Source: Octopus sinensis
Lineage: Eukaryota
Length of the DNA: 64,000 nt
NCBI RefSeq assembly: GCF_006345805.1
Contig: NC_042997.1
Span: 80,972,001 to 81,036,000, forward strand
Reading direction: 5' to 3'
The notes beneath the pieces are model-generated. The model did no database searches, was not told the DNA's origin, and was given only the letters and a program-made list of their open reading frames with translations. Below, in pieces: positions 48,477 to 61,002 of the stretch (position 1 is its first letter; every line of letters begins with the position of its first letter). The position numbers and the translations under genes were made by a program.

Positions 48477-49970
48477 TTTTTTTTTTCTTCTTTCAAATTT
48501 GCTTCCATTTCTTGCCGAGTGTCTTCCCGATTCCTAGGGCAAAGAAACTCATAGTATACATTGGTAGGCCATTAAACCAAACTCAGTAGTTCGTTCATTT
48601 TTTTTTTTTTTAAATTAAAATACATGAGCAGCAACAGTTAAGACAATCTTTTGCACTTCTTGCAGGGATGGTAAGCCAGGGATCATTCTCATATAATTTT
48701 CGGTTCCCTTCTTGATCATTCCTAGTGCTCCTACGATCACTGGTATTGTAACCGCCTTGAGATGCCACATTTTTTCAATTTCAATGAGTAGGTCTTTATA
48801 TTTTCTGAGCTTGTCAAACTCTTTCGCTGAGATATTATGATCACAGGGGATGCTCATGTCGATCAATAAGCAAACTTTATTGTTTTGGTCTTTCACAACA
48901 ATATCTGGTTTATTGGCCTTGATGGTTCGGTCTGTATGTACTGGAAAGTCCCACAGAATGGTTACATTTTCTCCTTCAGTTACAGCCTCAGGGTGGTGAT
49001 TATACCACTTGTCGGCAGTTTTGATATTGTAATGCCGACTTATTAGCCAGTGGAGATATTGGCCAACTCTGTCATGTCTTAATTTATACTCCACTGGTGC
49101 TAAGACTTTACATCCAGAGATTAGGTGGTCCACTGTTTCAATCATGTCGTTGCAGAATTGGCATTTTGGGTCTGCTCCATTTTTCATCACATTGGCCTGG
49201 TAGTTCCGGGTTAATAGGCTTTGATCTTGAGCAGCCAGGATGAAACCTTCGCCCTCTGCTTTTAGCCCTGAGCTCCGTAGCCACTGATGGGTTTGCTTCT
49301 GGTCAACATCAGCTTGTTTGCTGCGGGTCACATATTTGCCGTGCAGAGGTTTCTCCTCCCACCTATCAGCCAATTGCTCGTGCGCTTTTTTCATTGCCAT
49401 CATTTTCACCTTCTTTGCAACAATAGTTGCCATACTTCCCTCGGGTTGTTCAGTTTGGGTATCCTGCACGAGATCAATAGCAAATTTTTTGCTTTCCTTT
49501 ATGATAGAATGAAGCTTCTTTCGTCTCTCGTGATTTTCCACGAGCTTTAGCATCCAGTCATTCGATATTTCGAGATATTTGGCCAGTCCAATTGTGGTTG
49601 TTTTGTAAGCTAGTTCAAATTGGATCAGGCCTCGACCTCCTTGGGCTCTGGGAAGGTAAAGGCGATCTACGTCTGCCTTTGGGTGGTGCATCCTATTACA
49701 ACTCAGCAGCTTGCGTATTTTTCTATCTATATTCTTTACTTCACTCATATTCCAGTTCAACACATTGTAGCTATAAGTAACAACTGGGACTGCTAAGGAA
49801 TTTATAGCTAACACCTTGTTACGTGCATTTAGTTCAGATTTCAGGACTACACGAACTCTCCTATAACATTCCTTCCTGATTTTCTCTTTCATGCTTGCAT
49901 GCTGAATACCAGAGCCTTCATTTATCCCTAAATATTTGTATGTTTGTTCTTGCTCAAGCTCTCTTATGAC
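48424..49970 (-). mobile_element. Dong-clade element B (third subfamily, 5'-truncated, (TAA)n on both sides)
   Basis: Tail at 48424-48475, 3' UTR, open ORF up to the 5' junction, and (TAT)n at 49971-50018. Confidence 0.93.
48615..49892 (-). CDS. Dong RT thumb / CCHC / RLE remnant (425 aa, open upstream to ~49968)
   Basis: CQFCNDMIETVDHLISGC, RHDRV and KPDIVV..LIDMSIP..EFDKLRKY. Confidence 0.85.
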   Translation of the reverse strand: MKEKIRKECYRRVRVVLKSELNARNKVLAINSLAVPVVTYSYNVLNWNMSEVKNIDRKIRKLLSCNRMHHPKADVDRLYLPRAQGGRGLIQFELAYKTTTIGLAKYLEISNDWMLKLVENHERRKKLHSIIKESKKFAIDLVQDTQTEQPEGSMATIVAKKVKMMAMKKAHEQLADRWEEKPLHGKYVTRSKQADVDQKQTHQWLRSSGLKAEGEGFILAAQDQSLLTRNYQANVMKNGADPKCQFCNDMIETVDHLISGCKVLAPVEYKLRHDRVGQYLHWLISRHYNIKTADKWYNHHPEAVTEGENVTILWDFPVHTDRTIKANKPDIVVKDQNNKVCLLIDMSIPCDHNISAKEFDKLRKYKDLLIEIEKMWHLKAVTIPVIVGALGMIKKGTENYMRMIPGLPSLQEVQKIVLTVAAHVF

Positions 49971-50022
<52 letters not shown>

Positions 50023-50229
50023 TACTCCTTCAGAAAGTAAAGAAACAATAAGACGAGTGCAACTGCTATAGAATGAACAATATTTCAACACTTTGTGTGT
50101 CTTCCACAAGTTCAAAATAATAATTTCAATCTACTTCAAGTTGGTAACATTTAAGGATTAACATGAAGTGTCGAAATATTGTTCATTTGATAGCAGTCGC
50201 ACTCTTCTTGTTGTTTCTTTATAATCCTC

Positions 50230-50600
50230 CTCATCATCAACATCATTTAACGTCCGCTTTCCATGCTAGCATGGGTTGGACGATTTGACTGAGGACTGGC
50301 GAACCAGATGGTTGTACCAGGCTCCAATCTGATCTGGCAGAGTTTCTACAGCTGGATGCCCTTCCTAAATCCAACCACTCCGAGAGTATAGTGGGTGCTT
50401 TTACATGCCACCGGCATGAGGGCCAGTCAGGCGGTACTGGCAACGGCCACGCTCGAAATGGTGTTTTTTACATGCCACCTGCACAGGAGTCAGTCCAGCG
50501 GCACTGGCAATGACCTTGCTTGAATGTTTTGTTCACGTGCCAGTAAGGTGATGCTGGTAGCGATCACACTCAAATGGTGCTTTTTGAGCATGATCGTCAT
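50230..50600 (-). mobile_element. RTE 3' UTR fragment
   Basis: (CAT)n, TTTAACGTCCGCTTTCCATGCTAGCATGGG and GGATGCCCTTCCTAA. Confidence 0.82.
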
Positions 50601-50613
50601 TATCATTATTATG

Positions 50614-50661
<48 letters not shown>

Positions 50662-51199
50662 AGATTGTTGAAGTGTGTGATGTTGGATTGAAAATTCAAA
50701 CATTGATAATCAGTTGAGTTTTAATATGTCCAAGTGAATAGTTATTTTCTTTCAACATGAAAACATTGTTTGTCAACATTTCAACACTATTGAAATGTTA
50801 TTGAGAATTTTTTGTTGCTTTTTTTATTATTTATTTATTTACTTTTTATATTTCATATATATTGTTTTTTACTTTATTTTTATCTTTTATTAAATTTCAT
50901 CAACGGCTTGGCCTTGCAACTTGCTTCAGATAGGGCTCTCTTCATTCAAAATGTAAACACCCTATTGTGCTCTACATAACATTCAAAACAAAAGGAAACA
51001 GAAAAGTACAATTAAATCCCTTGTCCTGTTTTTAAGTGAGTTAACTTTCTTGTGATATTTGTGCATTTCATTCACTTATTCTATATGCACCAAGAATCAT
51101 ATGCAAATAGCCAGATATAATATAGCTGATAAATATTTAATATTTGTTCTTTGAACAAAACAAGTAGCTCATCTCCAATACCCATATATTATATCAAGA

Positions 51200-51760
51200 A
51201 CGAGGTAAAAATAAAACAGAAACCAATGCAATGCCAACAGCAAGAGAATGAGAAAAAATTTGGGAAGGTTTATGGAGAGAAGGTAGAACATAATAGACAA
51301 GAAAGTTTAACACAAGAGCTGTATTTCAGCAATGATAGTTAAAAAAAGAACTACATAAGAAATAACACATACACTACAGAAAAACAATTGGGAAGCACTA
51401 GAATATGGTAGTTGTTTCACAAGAAACTATGAAAGACATATAATGAAGCAGAATACAAAATGTGCAGAATATTTTGCAGAATACAAAAAAGCAATGTCCT
51501 TGACTGTTTTGGGTTGTATAGTTATAGCAAAATCAGAATATATAAACATACATGATAGAACAGGAAACTTCATGTGCTACAAATTATGCTAGCATTATGG
51601 AAAATGCCCAGAAAAAAAATGTGGTACAAACATATTCTACAAAATGGCTTAAGTGGGATATGAAAAATGGTAGGCAGAAATGAATTACAATTACACAAAA
51701 AGATCTGGAATCAGGAATATGTATATTTAAAAAAAACAAAAGATATAAGAAAATATTAAA
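51200..51760 (+). mobile_element. Highly decayed Dong fragment (CCHC region)
   Basis: RNYERHIMKQN and SEYINIHDRTGNFMCYKLC*HYG..KWYKH. Confidence 0.65.
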
Positions 51761-51940
51761 CAACCAGTTTAATACTGTATGTTATGTATCAGCTCCACAA
51801 TCTTAAAATAAATAACTAAATCATGAATACTTTTTATTAGCGTCCAGCACTATTTTGTACAAAAATAGAAATAGAGCCTTTTTGATTTTGAAACTGTTTT
51901 ACAATAATTTTGATTTGAAACTGTGTATTGAAACCAGCAT

Positions 51941-52067
51941 TGTTATATTTTGGAAGAGTCATAATTGACAAAACATATAAACACACCCACTGGTTGTCTG
52001 ATATAGACAAACAACCAGTGAGTGTGTTCATAGACTTTATTAATTATGACTCTTCCAAAATGTAATA
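51941..52067. other. Long imperfect palindrome (57-bp arms); MITE or hairpin RNA candidate
   Basis: Arms at 51941-51997 and 52011-52067 match at 48 of 57 positions. Confidence 0.8.
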
Positions 52068-53176
52068 ATATAGGAGTATAGGTTGTTATTCAGAAATTTT
52101 GAAAATTTTACAGTCTAGCCTCACTTCTTCCTGTATAATATGCACTCATAAATAATGCATACCACAAGTTTGGGACAATTAAATGCCAGAAATAATATAT
52201 TTCATATCGTGACTTTTTTTTAGAGTAATTTCTATGAAAAGTGACATAAATTAAAAATGAAATTAATAATTTATGGGTAATGTAAAAAAACAACTGACTT
52301 TATTGAATTATTGAAACAAATAAATTCCTAAAAATGGAGGAATCATGCACCCACCTCTAATATTTTTACTTTTGATTTAATTTTAAAGGGTTTTGGAGTT
52401 TCTAAGTTTTGAACATCAGATATTCTGTGTTGTATATCATTACATATTACAATATGCATTTGGTTGTTTTGATCTTTAGATCTTGTAAGACAAACATGTC
52501 TGCATTCATTTATTATGTTCTAAAAATTTCAACTGAAAAGATTGATTATGCAATATATTGTTTAATATAATGCTAAAACCATTTTGATGAAATACAATAT
52601 ATCTTTACAAAAATTGTGTATATATTAAATGATTTTAACATATTAAATGTTGTATATTGCTTGAATATTAAACATTATATTGACAGGTTGGTCACAACTG
52701 AAATTGTTTCAAGTTATTATCTTTTATAGCAGGTTGTAAATAAATTTCCAAAAGTATATTTTTGAAGCAGTGTATATACACATACTGAGGTAAGTATGTG
52801 TGGATGTACAGAAATTAAGTACATTTTATCCTTTTGCTGCTTCCATTTTGTTTTACAAATTATTTTGTTGTGTTAGTAACATAGTAAATAGCCTTGAGTG
52901 ATACAGTCTTGTAGGTACTTTTATAAAATGTATAATGAATAGTTAACACAATATCACTATCATGTAACTTTACCCTAGTGATTTAAGCTCTTCATTAGAT
53001 ATCAGTTACTTTAGATAATAGACATAACTTATGCTATCCAATATATGGCTACACACTTTACAACTCATAAAATGGAAAACGTTTAGTCTTCCTGTATAAT
53101 TTCCACTCATATCTTTTAGGTCTAAAACAATAAATATGATATCCTTGCTAATTTAGTTTGCAATTTCAGTAATTGT

Positions 53177-53218
<42 letters not shown>

Positions 53219-54656
53219 GTACACACACACACATTTATATTTTCTTTTTTTCTGTTTGTTATGCTTTTCTTATTTGCTTTTTTTTTCACCACAAAACTTG
53301 CTCATACTATTTTAGTTATTTTAAAAATTTAACTGAATATTTATAGCTGAGATTTCACACTAATGTTCTCCATAAATCCTCAAGACATATACTTTAGCAG
53401 AACTCAGTTTTAGAGCTATGTCGCCTATTATCTGGAATCCAAGCTTAGTTTTGCAGTTAACATAATCTCCAAACATTATATATTTCTTGTTCACCTGAAG
53501 TATTCATGAGGTTGGTATTTCTAGCCAGTAATCACAATTGAAATGACATAACCCACATATATGTTTAAAACACATATGACTGTAACTGTATCTTATGAGA
53601 TCAATATAGCCTATAATGTTTTACATCACATACTACAAGAAACATAGTTCAGAGCTGACCAAATATGATTTCCATTCACAGTAATTAAAAGTATAGAATC
53701 ACAAGTAGATCATATACGTTATGAATGTGACTTAATGAATATATATAACCATATTACTCACTTCTTTGTACTGTACTGATTCTTAAACATCCATCATACA
53801 TACATTCATGCACACATAAGTACATACATACCTGCATATATACATATATACATACATATATGCATGCTTGCATGCATACACACACACACATATATACACA
53901 CACACACATATGTATACGTGTGTGTATATATATGTATGTACACACACACACACACACATACTTAGGAGACAAAAATTTCTTTGATACTGGGATTAATGGC
54001 TTTGTGAACTGAAATCTAGTCTATCAGAAATTTTAGCAATAATTATCAACATTGAAGCAGAAGAGGTATTAGTCATTGAAGCAGGAAATTTTAGATGTTT
54101 TAAATGTAGACTAATTGCACAGATTACAATAATGCAGTGTTTCATTGACATAAAACTTTGGTGTATTCTTTGAAGACCATGAAATTATTTACTAATTCAG
54201 CAAGGTTGAAGCAGATGATAGGTGTTGACAGTAAGATTGGTGGAGATGAAATATATAGCTTCTTTAGTAATTGGATGTATGACTTGCAGCAGTCAATGTC
54301 AATAAGGTCTAATCTATTATGTCCTTAACAGTTCATGTCTCAAAGTTAGTGAAAGAGTCTCTATGTCGTTGCTCAATGTATTAGAAATGACAACCAAATT
54401 TTCATCATATTACACAACACCATTTTGATAAAAAGAAACAAACACAAAAAGGATATATTGGTTGAAAGAGACCTACAATGGCTGGTCTGAGACTAAACAA
54501 GATCAGTGACAGCAGTTGTTATACATGTCTTGACTAGGATTGAGGCTTCTCTCTATTTGCAAATATGTGATGTAGTTCACACTTTATCTAAATGTGATGC
54601 ACTTTCTTACACATACGTGCACACACACACACATGCACACACACACACACACACAT

Positions 54657-54698
<42 letters not shown>

Positions 54699-55194
54699 AC
54701 ACACACACACACATGCATGCACATGCATGTACTTGCATACATCCTGAGTCACACATGAAAATGCACTCACTGAAAATCAACAACTCCGTCACACAAGCCA
54801 ATGACAAACCTCCTATGTGGTCACTTAACTTGCTAGAGATAACAGTTGGTTCTCCTTTAAGGTAGAGAGGAAGTTTCTCTGTGGTAGCTTGGCATGTTAG
54901 AAATAACAGCCAAATTTACATCAAACACACTCTACCATCATGAAAACAAAAAGAAAAGAAAAACTTATTGGACAATGTAGACTACAGGGCTGACCTACCA
55001 TGTCAAAAAACAGAGTGATACATTGATCAGAACAATCCTAGTTAGACAAGATGAAAACAGGTGAAGAGTATCTTTTATCATAGGTCTGCTTTCTCTGCTC
55101 TGACTGGGGGTTAAACAACTATAGATGATATCATATTAGTAATTCATGGACTTTTCTCTTTCTTATTTTAAGCAAAATGAGTATTCTATAATTC

Positions 55195-55435
55195 CTTTCA
55201 GTCTATAGGTACAAGGTCTGAAATTTTGATAGAGACAGTCGATTACATCTATCCTAATCTCAACTGGTACTCATTTTATCAACTCCTGAAAGGATGGAAG
55301 GCATAGCCAACCTCAGCAAAATTTGAACTAAATATGTAAAGATGGATGTAAAAGGTTCCCTTGAAAGCAAAGATGGACAGAATGCTACTAAGCATTTTGC
55401 CCAACACGCTAACAATTCTGCCAGCTCGCCACCTT
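55195..55435 (-). mobile_element. SINE family A
   Basis: Reverse complement of the family signature. Confidence 0.75.
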
Positions 55436-55974
55436 ATGAGTATCATATAATTAACAAGTGTTTTGTTAACTGCAACATGTTTTCCTTGGGAAAAGATCAT
55501 TGAAGAAACAGGCTTAACATAGAGAACATCTGTATATGACAAAAGTCTTCACTGATAGACCACTGCTCCAAGGGATTATGTAACATCTTTATTACACTTA
55601 CGTGAGGCAAATGCTTGATAGAACTGCTTTATTCTGAATGCTCATTGATGTCATTTATTGCTTAGTTACAAGTGAACTACTGGTATAGTTATGCTACTTT
55701 TATAGTATAGGTACATGGACCATGTGCACAACTGAGCCAAATTCAAATTAGGTCTGAAAATTATAATCCATTTTAACAGTCATCTCAATTAATATAATTT
55801 CATGTATTTTATGAAATTTTATTTTTAACAATGGGGAGATAATCTTTTTAGAAAAATGATTTTTAAAAGGATTCTACTTTAGAAGAGAGCCAGTTGCTTA
55901 TATTCAGTCATTTATTTTGTTTATGTTGAATCCATCTAACATGAAATGATGAAAGTAAACTAGTAATATTGATA

Positions 55975-56105
55975 TCATCATCATTATCTGTTTTCCATAC
56001 TGACATGGGTTGGGTGGTTTGACCAAAGCAGACTAGCCAGATGACTGTGTCAAGCTTCAGCGTTTGATTTGCCTAAGTTTTTATGTCTGGATGCCTTTCT
56101 TAATA
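55975..56105 (-). mobile_element. Old RTE 3' tip
   Basis: (CAT)n, TTTTCCATACTGACATGGGTTGG and CTGGATGCCTTTCTTAA. A similar decayed tip lies at ~58552-58790. Confidence 0.55.
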
Positions 56106-56240
56106 ACACAAGTAAAGGTATATAAAATACAATTCAACAAATCAAAGATTATAATTTGCCCAACCAAATGTAATTCAAGAGCCAAGAGAATAATATGATA
56201 TCAGCAATGGCTATCAGAAGGTTGTGTTAAACAGTTGATC

Positions 56241-56271
<31 letters not shown>

Positions 56272-56409
56272 TGAGTGAAATAGAGCGAGTGAAAGAGAGA
56301 GAGAGTACAAGATATCAAAGGATAGACAATGAAATGTGAGAGTCTGACAGAAAGAAAGATGACAACTGAAAGGAACAGAAGGCTAAATTAAACTGAATGT
56401 CAGACCTTC

Positions 56410-56763
56410 TAAGAAAAAATGTGAGAGGAGTCTCCTTATTTCGTCTGCTGCTACATTGAATTCAAATTCCACCCACGTCAACTTTGCTTTTTATCCTTTC
56501 AGGGTTGTAAATTAAGTAGCAGTAGAGTACTTGGGCCAATATAATTGACTAGTTCCCTCCCATCAAATTTCAGGCCTTGTACCTTTAGTAGAAAGGATTA
56601 TTATTATTATTATTATTTTCTCATTTATTTTTGTAATGTTCCACTTGGAACAGTTGTGGTGATAAAGACAGTGTTATTAACATCTTTTTTATTGTTATAA
56701 TGTCTCCTCATCCTACTCTCCTGTGGCAAATAAAGAAATGATTATCGTTGTTGTTGCTACTAC

Positions 56764-56815
<52 letters not shown>

Positions 56816-57025
56816 GCAAAGTGGCAAGCTGACAGAATCGTTCGCATGCTGGAAAAATTATTAGTGGCATTTTATCCATCTTTACATTCTGAGTTCAAAT
56901 TCTGCCAAAGTCGACTTTGCCTTTCATCCCTTTGTGGGTTGATGAAATAAGTACCAGTCGAATAATTGACTAACCCCCTTCCTCAAAATTCAGGCCTTGT
57001 GCCTATAGTAGAAAGGATTATGATA
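56410..57025 (+). mobile_element. Two SINE family A copies with intervening (ATT)n
   Basis: Copies at ~56410-56600 and ~56815-57025. Confidence 0.75.
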
Positions 57026-57033
57026 ATTATTAA

Positions 57034-57254
57034 CCCGTTTGTTGACATATTTCTGTCGAGATCCTCTGTGTTTCTTTCAATGAATTCTAAATATAACAAA
57101 GAATTTAGTAAAATAACTTAGTTATCATTAAGCTAATGTTAAGAACATAAGTTGTGACTAAGGTTTGGTGGAAGATTTTAATTCAGAACTTTTGAAACAA
57201 GACATTTGTACTACAGAACCAGAGCCAGTTTCATCTGGGTTGGTATCAAAAGGG
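57034..57254. mobile_element. piggyBac-type MITE (221 bp), same family as 28220-28437
   Basis: TTAA|CCCGTTTG...GGTATCAAAAGGG|TTAA, with a similar internal sequence. Confidence 0.75.
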
Positions 57255-57317
57255 TTAAAAAGTAAGAAAATCAATCCAGTATCACCCATCCTAGTTAATG
57301 TCTCTTTGAGTGCCTAA

Positions 57318-57960
57318 CATCATCATCATCATCATTTAACATCCGCTTTCCATGCTAGCATAGGTTGGATGATTTGACTGAGGATTGGCGAACCAGATGG
57401 CTGCACCAGGCTCCAATCTGATCTGGTAGAGTTTCTACAGCTGGATGCTCTTCCTAATGCCAACCACTCTGAGAGTGTAGCAAGTGCTTTTACATGCCAC
57501 CGGCACAAGGGCCAGTCAGGCGATACTGGCAACGGCCATGCTTAAATGGTGTTTTTTACGTGCCACCTGCACAGGAGTCAGTCCAGCAGCACTGGCAACG
57601 ATCTCGCTCAAATGTTTTGTTCACGTGCCACTGGCACAAGTGCCAGTAAGGCAACGCAGGTAACGATCATGCTCAAATGGTGCTTTTTACCTGCCACCGG
57701 CATGGAAGCCAGACAGCTGTTAGTGCTCCATTGGCATGGGTGCCAGTCATTGGATTTGGTTCAATTTCAATTTCATTTACCCCAACAGGTCTTCGCAAGC
57801 AGAGTTTAGTGTCCAATGAAGGAAGGTTGACATGGGTGCCAGTCGAATTTGGTTCGATTTCAAATTCAATTTCGATTTCAATTTCACTTACCTCAACAGG
57901 TCTTCGCAAACAGAGTTTTGTGTCCAAAGGAAGGTATGCATAAGTGGGCTGGTTACACCC
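57318..57960 (-). mobile_element. RTE 3' UTR with an internal ~130-bp duplication
   Basis: (CAT)n tail, UTR motifs, and duplicated CAACAGGTCTTCGCAA with (GATTTC/AATTTC)n. Confidence 0.85.
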
Positions 57961-58034
57961 CTGGTAAAGGCCACGGGTTATGGTCTGTGGCTAATAAAAA
58001 AAAGATTATTATTTATGATTGTCCCTTGTAAAGT

Positions 58035-58385
58035 GGTAAGCTGGTAGAATTATTAGATCATTCTAAAAAACTGATATGTGATATTTGTTCCAGCACTTTA
58101 CATTCTGAGTTTAAATCTCACTGAAGTTAACTTTGATTTCATCTCTCTGAGACCGATAAAATAGTTTGAACTATTCCTCTTCCTTTCAGAATTGCTGACT
58201 TAGTGTGCAAAGCAGAAATCATCATTAATGTCCTCAGTACTGAACTGGTACCTTTCATCTCTTCAATACTGAAAGGATAAAAGATAAAGTTGGCCTCAAT
58301 AAGATTTGAACTTTGCACACAAAGAGACAGAGGACTGCTTGACATTCTTTCAAACACATTGATTACCCTACCAAATTCTCTGCTG
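58035..58385. mobile_element. Tail-to-tail pair of old SINE family A copies
   Basis: Plus copy at ~58035-58230 and minus copy at ~58215-58385. Confidence 0.6.
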
Positions 58386-59149
58386 TATTATTGCTATCTC
58401 TTTGTGATTTGAGTTTTAATCCTGCTATGAAGAGCAACTTTTACTTTGAATTTTTCTGGTTTCAATAACATACATGTCAGTTATGCACAGATTGATTAAA
58501 TAAAGAATGACACACCCACCAAAAATTTGTAATTTTGTGCTTAAGTTAGACATCATCATCATCACCAAAAAGCAACACCACCACCACCATCACTACCACT
58601 ACCACAATCATCCTTATCATTTTATATCAGCTTTTCATGTTGGCATGGATTAGACATGTCATCAGTGTCCAAGTCAGTTTTCATTCAGAGTTGTTGCCAT
58701 CTTAAACTGGTTAAAGGATTACATCTCATTCATACATTTCATTTTATCGTTGGATTCTACAGGTAGATGTCCTTCCAAACACAAAGTAATTTACAGAGTA
58801 TCATGGTATCAGCATTAGTGTGATATCCATTAAAACTAAAGAGTTTTCTCTTATCTACAGTGGGATTTGCTCAAGGCAACTTGTTGAACAGAATAAATAT
58901 GAGATATATATATATATAATGGTTTCTGATTAAGGCACAAAGCCAGCACTTTTGGGAGGAAGAGGAATAGCCAAAACCATTGACATTCCCCACTCCCACC
59001 CAAGTTCTAATATTTTTATTTTATCAACCCTGTAGGGATGAAAGGTGGTATTTGAACTCAGAATTTTATTAGGGAGAGGAGGGATTATTAGCAGTAGAGA
59101 AAGAATGATGGTAGAGTGTATCAGGTTGGTGTTGATGAATACTCTAGAA

Positions 59150-61002
59150 CAGGGGCTACCTTATTATGGTCCATGGACTGGATCTGGCCCCCTCACTGCA
59201 CTGCATTTAGAGTTCATTCCTGCAGTGATCATGTTTTAACTTGCATTGCTATCTTTAAACATTTTCTGCATGAGAATGTTTGCTGAAAAGGAATATGCCA
59301 CTCATACAAATTACAAAATAGTGCATAAGATGGCAGAGTGAGGAAAACGATTTACTGATGACAACTTCACCAAAGAATGTATGATGGAAGCAGCAAATGA
59401 CTTGTGTCCTGAGAAAGCTCATTCATTTGGAAGTATCAGTTTTTCAGCAAGCACAGTTGTGTGGAGAATAGAAGAACTTGGAGAGAACATAGTGCTACAG
59501 GTATGCAAGAAAGCAAGGAACTTCTCTGGTGCTGGACGAGTCTACTGATCTCTCAACTTCTTTTGTTCATTTGTGCTGTTAATTTGGATTTTCAGATCAC
59601 AGAAGAGTTGGCATCTGTTTGCAGCATGCACAGAACAACAACTGGAGAAGATATTTTCATGGAAGTGCAGTAAACTTTGCAAGGCTATAATAATCTTCAG
59701 TGGAATGAGCTTCGATGTGTTGATGGAGGAAAAAACATGGCTGGAGTGAGGAAGGGTCTGGTGGGGCAGATCAGGACTAAGTTGAAAGATCTTCAACTCT
59801 CAGGTGCTCTGTTTATACCCTGCATCAACAAGTACTCTGTGGGAAAAATTTAGATATTTCTTGCATACTGAAACCAGTTGTTCCTGTAGTGAACTTCAGT
59901 TGGGGACATGCACTTAACCACAGTCAGTTCCAGGCTTTTCTTGAAGAAATTTATTCTGAATTTTGTGACTTGGCTAATCACACAGCAGTGAGGAGGCTGA
60001 GCTGTAGAAAAATTCGCTTTCATTTTTATAAGCCCTGATGTGAAATAGGTATTTTTCTCACTGAAAAAGATAAAGCTGGATCATTTCTGTCAGGTCCTAC
60101 CTGGCTGTCAAAGTTGTCATTTTTGGTTGACATCACATACCACATGAATGAATTGAACTTCAAATTTCAAGGAAAGGATAACCTTATCTGTGATTTCTAC
60201 AGAATCATCAAAGGATTGCAGAGAAAGCTATCAATTTGAAGCACAACTTGAAGGAGGAAACTTCTCTCATTTTCAATGTTTCAAAGAGTTTCACAGTGGA
60301 ATCACAGAAGTTGTTAACTTCAAGCTTCTGAAGAAGAGCATTCGTGATCAAAATTAGCATTTTTTTTTGAGATTTAAATATGCATTTTTGGGGAGTGACA
60401 TTCTCCTGTTTCAGAAATTGTTTGATTGTAATCTTGATGACATTGCATTTGAACTACAGTTGGTGCTCATTGATTTGCAAGCTTGTTGAAAGAGAAGCAC
60501 AGAGAAGGAAAACTTGTTGAATTTCATCACTGCTCAGCTGATGAGTTTTCAAAGTTGAAGAAATTTGCCCCTGGTATGGCATCAGTGTTTGGAACAACTT
60601 ATATCTGTGAACAAAAATTTTCAAAAATGAAGAATGTGAAGTTAGCACATCAAACAAGGTTCACTGATGAACATTTGAAAGCAATTCTCTTGGTTGGATG
60701 CAATAATTCCAAAGCAAATATTGATGATATCTTAAAAGCTAAACACCAGTTTCACAAATCTCATTAACCGTTTTTTCTGCTTAGCTTGTGAGATTTGGAT
60801 ATATGATATATGCACACTGGGTGTGATATAACTATCTTATTGCTAATGTCGCCTTCTTTGATAACTTTTGGTAAATAAATATGCTGGTTGTCTTTATTTT
60901 TTTGTGTATTCACTGTATTGTATTGAACTAAATGGTTATGTGGCTCATGCTTGTCATGCTCTCAGTTATCTGGCCACTGTGCAAAAAGTTTGGTGACCCC
61001 TG
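59150..61002 (+). mobile_element. hAT (Buster/Charlie/SPIN-like) transposon, decayed and internally deleted
   Basis: CAGGGG...CCCCTG ends and an imperfect 8-bp TSD (CTCTAGAA/GTCTAAAA). Remnants GKRFTDDNFTKECM, LDESTD and FGTTYICEQKFSKMK (hATC domain). Confidence 0.88.
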
